The notes beneath the pieces are model-generated. The model searched no databases. It saw only the letters and a program-made list of their open reading frames with translations, and was not told the DNA's origin. Made by a program: the position numbers and the translations under genes. DNA of 64,000 nucleotides from an uncultured Acidobacteriota bacterium (lineage in GTDB: Bacteria; Acidobacteriota; UBA6911): positions 128,001 through 192,000 of the forward strand of contig CAWEJX010000020.1 in NCBI GenBank assembly GCA_963809485.1. Reading direction: 5' to 3'. Within the stretch, counting starts at the first letter, position 1; every line of letters begins with the position of its first letter. Positions 60,066-64,000 of this stretch are shown here, in pieces.

Positions 60066-60109
60066 TTTCACCTTTTATACACTCAATAATCAGTGATAAA
60101 AAGGTGAAA
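60066..60109. promoter_or_regulatory. Inverted repeat in the lexA leader (candidate operator pair)
   Basis: TTTCACCTTTT-ATACACT-N8-AGTGATA-AAAAGGTGAAA, abutting the start codon and overlapping a TTGACT -35. Confidence 0.6.
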
Positions 60110-60215
60110 GTCAAGAATAAAAAAAGGGCAGCCGCAATTTTTCACGATTATTCTGCTTTCGTGAAGAATGCGGCTGCCGTTGGCTTACCCGATTATGTTT
60201 CCGGGTCCGGCTCAT

Positions 60216-60510
60216 TAAGTATCATCCCCGCAAAGCCGGAGGCTTTACGGTGGCTGGCCCCTCAAAGGGGCCTGATTGCATCCGACAAAAGATGAAATAG
60301 GTTCCATGCGTTGTAGATGTTTTGAAACCGCAGAATGTCGAATAACGAATGATGAATCCCGAAGTGTGGCGATAGCTTCTGCGGTTCGATATTCGAAATT
60401 CTTCATTCGATATTCCAGTGTTTATCCACTTGTTTTTGCCGGACCCGGGAATAAAAAAATCCAGGATTTGTCAAACTCGTACTGCCTCCCCGGGAGAGCC
60501 GGGAGTTCCC
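60216..60510 (-). mobile_element. Second-subfamily IS200-end-like MITE enclosing heptamer hairpin H3
   Basis: CCCGCAAAGCCGGAGGCT..GGCCCC-TCAAA-GGGGCC at one end; GTCAAACTC..CTCCCCGGGAGAGCCGGGAG at the other. Confidence 0.6.
60325..60423. repeat. Heptamer-arm hairpin element H3 (inverted relative to H1/H2)
   Basis: GAATGTC GAATAAC GAATGAT GAATCCC GAAGT, spacer, CTTCTGCGGTTC GATATTC GAAATTC TTCATTC GATATTC. Confidence 0.75.
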
Positions 60511-60519
60511 AACGGATTA

Positions 60520-61368
60520 TTAGAGTTTGTAGCCTCTGCCCTCGCCCTCCTCAGCCTGAAGGGTGACCGTGACGGTGATTTCTTTTTTGTCCCGTATCAC
60601 CGTAAGGGTCAGGGCCCCTTCGGCCCTATTCCTGATGATGCGGGTCAGATCATCCGGGCTTTCGATGCTCTTGCCATCTGCGCTGATAATGACATCTCCG
60701 GATTTCAGCTTGCCGGCACTCGCAGACCCGCTGAGGACGGATGCTACCAGAACGCCTTTTTTGCCGGGCACGCCCAGGAACTCGCCCATCTGGTCGGTCA
60801 GGGGTTGCAGGGTTACCCCAAGGCGTGCTCGCCGGCCTGAGGTTTCACCAGGCCGTTCGTCCTCGGAGTCGGGGACTCTGAATTGAAACATGCGTTCCCC
60901 AAATTCGGGAAAGTCCCTGGGCGGCATTTCGCTGCCGCCATCCGCACGCATTCCCCTGCGGTCCCCGATTTGGGCAGTGAGATTCAGGCGATTGTCGTCG
61001 CGGCTGACCGCAAGCTCCACCTTGCGTCCCACTGGAGTCTCCTGCACAAGGCGCGAAAACTGGGCGGTCGACCAGACCTGCTGACCCCCGAATTCAAGCA
61101 CAACATCGTATTCCTTGAGAGTAGCCGCCTCCGCCGGGCTTCCCTTCATGACCTCGCGGACGATGATTCCCCGTTCGGCCGCAAGCTTATAGCGGGACAT
61201 ATTGGCCGCGGTCACATCCTCCATTTGAATCCCAAGGTAGGATCCGCTGGCACTCACCTGGACGATACGCTGGACTTCCCTGGTCTGGGCAGGAGCCGCA
61301 GGCGCGGCCGCGCCAAAAGCCAGCGCCGCGATCAATCCAGCGATCCAAAATTTTGACACATAACTCAT
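60520..61368 (-). CDS. Secreted tandem-PDZ protein (HtrA-type PDZ, no protease domain)
   Basis: Signal peptide; SYLGI..GSPAEAA..DVV and RLGV..GSAS..GDVII; no trypsin GNSGG. Confidence 0.85.
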   Translation of the reverse strand: MSYVSKFWIAGLIAALAFGAAAPAAPAQTREVQRIVQVSASGSYLGIQMEDVTAANMSRYKLAAERGIIVREVMKGSPAEAATLKEYDVVLEFGGQQVWSTAQFSRLVQETPVGRKVELAVSRDDNRLNLTAQIGDRRGMRADGGSEMPPRDFPEFGERMFQFRVPDSEDERPGETSGRRARLGVTLQPLTDQMGEFLGVPGKKGVLVASVLSGSASAGKLKSGDVIISADGKSIESPDDLTRIIRNRAEGALTLTVIRDKKEITVTVTLQAEEGEGRGYKL

Positions 61369-61781
61369 AGTACCCTCCAAATTCAATGATCCAGCCATTG
61401 CACAGTCAATACACGCAACAGCTGAAAACACGTTCCAAAATTTGGCGACTGCCGCCCGTCGAATGGCCGCTGATTCCTGTCGCAGCATCCCAATAATTGT
61501 CATCGTTCTTCAACGCTTTGGTCAGGGCCAATCGGCGTTGCCAGAATTCGAGGCCATCAGACTTCATGAGCCCGCCGGCAAATCCGGTTGCCTGCCGGCA
61601 GATCAGAAATGAGAAAAAGCGGGCCAATTTTCTGTTAAACTAGGGCCGGAATCCGGGCAGGACAGAATAGCAGGACTATGGCTAAATATTTTGAACCAAC
61701 GCGAAACTTTCGGCATCGCGATTGATCAATTCCTGTGAGTTCGTATTGACGAATAAACACTCGAGCTCCGCCGGCGACAGG

Positions 61782-62351
61782 ATGGATCCGGCGACTCTGG
61801 AAAAGCTGATCCAGGGAGCCAAGGGCGGGAACGTTGACGCCTTTCAGAAAATTTATGAAGCTTTTGCCCGCAGAATTCTTAACTTTGTCTTTCGAATGGT
61901 GAACTCGCAGGAGGAAGCCGAGGATCTTACGCAGGAAACTTTTGTGGCGGTCTACCAGAAACTTGGAAGCCTGAAGGATAACAGTAAGTTCGAGCCGTGG
62001 CTTTTTCGCATTGCCCGGAACTTTGTCTATCAGAGATACAGGGAGCGCACGCCTTCAATGGTTTCCGTGGATGCCCTGGACGAGGATGGCCGCATGGTGA
62101 CCCAGGTTGCGGATGTAAGGAAAAATCCGGACGAGGCTTTTCAAAGCGGGGAGCTCGACGATATTGTCGCCGAGGTCCTCGCCGGCTTGCCTGAGAAATA
62201 CCGGGAGGTTTTTGTGCTTTCTGCGCTTCAGGGCCTGAGTTACCAGCAGATCGCCGACATTGTCGGCCACAGCCTGCCCAGCGTGAAAACCGATATTCAC
62301 AGAGCCCGGCTGGAAGTTCGCGAGCGTGTCAAAAATTACCTGAAGGTGTGA
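61782..62351 (+). CDS. ECF sigma factor (RpoE-like)
   Basis: AEDLTQETF, WLFRIARN, LPEKYREVF, SYQQIA, VKTDIHRAR. Confidence 0.93.
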   Translation: MDPATLEKLIQGAKGGNVDAFQKIYEAFARRILNFVFRMVNSQEEAEDLTQETFVAVYQKLGSLKDNSKFEPWLFRIARNFVYQRYRERTPSMVSVDALDEDGRMVTQVADVRKNPDEAFQSGELDDIVAEVLAGLPEKYREVFVLSALQGLSYQQIADIVGHSLPSVKTDIHRARLEVRERVKNYLKV

Positions 62352-62352
62352 A

Positions 62353-62874
62353 ATGGATTGCGCCCGATGCGCCGAGGATTTAACTGCCTATTTGGACGGG
62401 GAGCTGAGCGCCGCCCGCGCGGAGCGGGTCCAGTCTCACCTGGCCGCCTGTGCGTCCTGCGCCGATGAAGTGCGCAGCCTCCGGGAAGCCGCCCGGTTCG
62501 TAGCGTCCCACACGCGCGACCTGGAAGTCCGCCCTGGGACCTGGAATCTGGTGCACGCACGCATTGCCGCCCCGTCACCCTCTCCATCGTTTTTCAGCTT
62601 CCTGGCACGGGGCCGCTGGCGCTGGGCGATGGCGACTCTGGCAATTGCGGCAGCTTTTGCACTCGGCTTCATGCAGTACCATCAGCTTCAGCGGCGAAAC
62701 CTGAACGACTACATCTCTCAATACATGCGGTACCGGCAGGCGCATGAGCCCGATCAGCCGGTATTTTCGGATTTCAGGGCCAGATTCACAAACGGAAGCT
62801 CCGGCGCCGCCAATCCCTTTGCGGGACTCGAGGCTACAGCCATGGGCAACCCGTTTCGGATGGAGGATCAATGA
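62353..62874 (+). CDS. Zinc-finger (zf-HC2) anti-sigma factor, single TM
   Basis: AYLDGEL, HLAACASC (HxxxCxxC), TM segment. Confidence 0.88.
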   Translation: MDCARCAEDLTAYLDGELSAARAERVQSHLAACASCADEVRSLREAARFVASHTRDLEVRPGTWNLVHARIAAPSPSPSFFSFLARGRWRWAMATLAIAAAFALGFMQYHQLQRRNLNDYISQYMRYRQAHEPDQPVFSDFRARFTNGSSGAANPFAGLEATAMGNPFRMEDQ

Positions 62875-63350
62875 GAACGGCTAAAAGACTGCATCTATCC
62901 AAGAGGATCCCGGCGGGGATTCTGCTTTTGTTTCTTCTGGCTGGCATGATTCCCATAAGGCCGTTGTCCGCCGCCCAGGCGGGCGATTCCGACCTGGAAA
63001 AGACCAAAAGCATGGCTGAAATGCAGCACGAGATTGTTCTGCTGCTTATCAAAAAAAAGGAGTATGACAAAGCCCTGGCGGAGGCCAATAAGATCTTCGA
63101 GATGAAGTGGCCGGAAAGCCAGGAACCCCTCCTGCTGAAATCCCTGCTGTATCTCAGCAGTCAGTTCCTCCAGCAAAGCCAGGCGTCCATAGGTTTGCAG
63201 CTGATCGACAGGAATTCCCGGTTTTTCAGGAGAAACGAGAGCCAGGTCGCCGTTTTGAAAGAGAAGGGGTACCTGTACAAAAGCCTGGGACAGGACGACA
63301 AAGCTATCGAGTGCTTTCGCCAGGCTCAGGCGCTGGAAAACAAAAAATAA
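62871..63350 (+). CDS. Secreted TPR-repeat protein
   Basis: Signal peptide; KGYLYKSLGQDDKAIECFRQA TPR; ATGA overlap with the anti-sigma gene. Confidence 0.8.
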   Translation: MRTAKRLHLSKRIPAGILLLFLLAGMIPIRPLSAAQAGDSDLEKTKSMAEMQHEIVLLLIKKKEYDKALAEANKIFEMKWPESQEPLLLKSLLYLSSQFLQQSQASIGLQLIDRNSRFFRRNESQVAVLKEKGYLYKSLGQDDKAIECFRQAQALENKK

Positions 63351-63431
63351 AGGGGAAGCCGATACAGGGAAAACGGTTTCTTCCGATGGGGAATTTTTAT
63401 CCCGAAAACGGCTGAAGACCGGCCTCAGGAC

Positions 63432-63998
63432 TCAGGCCAAACGCGCGGCCACCCATTCGATGAGCCCTTCCGGAAGCTGCCGAGCGTCCCTGGTGACAAA
63501 GACAGGCACAGGGGCCAAAGCCTCCAAGGCCATCTTTTTCCACGACGGAGTCGCCGAACCGCAATCCAGAACTACCGCCGCATGAGCCTGTGCCAGCGTC
63601 CGGCGCGCACTCTCCTTGAAATCCTCGACGTCATAGCGGAGCACAACGAGATAGATATCGGGCGGAACAAATTCCAGCACGCGGTTGCTCTCGATCATGA
63701 CAAAATCGCTGGATTTCAGGATAGGCAACAACGCGTGAATTGCGTCGGTCAATCCATCGTTCCGGAAGCGCACCCAAAAAGACCGGGCGGCGCCCGCGGC
63801 CAGGAACCGCGAAGTATCCGAGAGCCCTCCGCGATTTGTTTCTTCGAGGATGCTGAAGTCTTCCTCCGGCTCGCTGCCGTTCAGGCTGCTGTTTTCTCCA
63901 TGCCAGTGGGAGGAGATCTTGACCGCGGTCCAGGAGTATTCCCTCAAGCCGCGTATCAGGCCGCAGGCAACCGACGTTTTCCCGACCTTTCGCGAATG
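63432..63998 (-). CDS. P-loop protein (MobB-like), 5'-truncated by window edge
   Basis: The frame is open to the window end and reads HSRKVGKTSVACGLI...WTAVKI; later DTSRFLAAGA and IESN. Confidence 0.65.
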   Translation of the reverse strand, partial: HSRKVGKTSVACGLIRGLREYSWTAVKISSHWHGENSSLNGSEPEEDFSILEETNRGGLSDTSRFLAAGAARSFWVRFRNDGLTDAIHALLPILKSSDFVMIESNRVLEFVPPDIYLVVLRYDVEDFKESARRTLAQAHAAVVLDCGSATPSWKKMALEALAPVPVFVTRDARQLPEGLIEWVAARLA

Positions 63999-64000
63999 AC

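Overview
A 64 kb, roughly GC-rich chromosomal segment from a probably anaerobic bacterium. The gene repertoire resembles Acidobacteriota, but that is inference. It is rich in Mo/W and Fe-S redox genes: three paralogous YdhV/BamB-like aldehyde:ferredoxin oxidoreductases (one preceded by a Tat-signal ferredoxin), two Fe-S aldo-keto reductases, a Tat-signal QueG-like protein and a sulfite-oxidase-family protein. There is also an fwdD-fwdB-fwdC formylmethanofuran dehydrogenase cluster. Its fwdB is split in the ORF track by an in-frame TGA exactly at the catalytic Cys position (SSL-U-HGP), followed by a SECIS-like hairpin, so it is very probably a selenoprotein (FwuB-type); no fwdA or ftr is nearby. 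Other content: a TPP riboswitch with thi4, initiator tRNA-Met with a 2.4 kb integrase-less mini-island (TA pair, pRiA4b ORF3, mltF remnant, divergent tRNA 3' fragment), a double-length uvrA, dapL, natAB-like ABC exporter, an SSS-namZ-GNAT cluster, lexA and an ECF sigma operon. Intergenic DNA carries at least three families of small repeats: IS200-end-like MITEs, heptamer-arm hairpins and an 83-bp tandem palindrome. Four frameshifts, one clearly in a homopolymer, suggest assembly indel errors. No CRISPR array or rRNA was seen.
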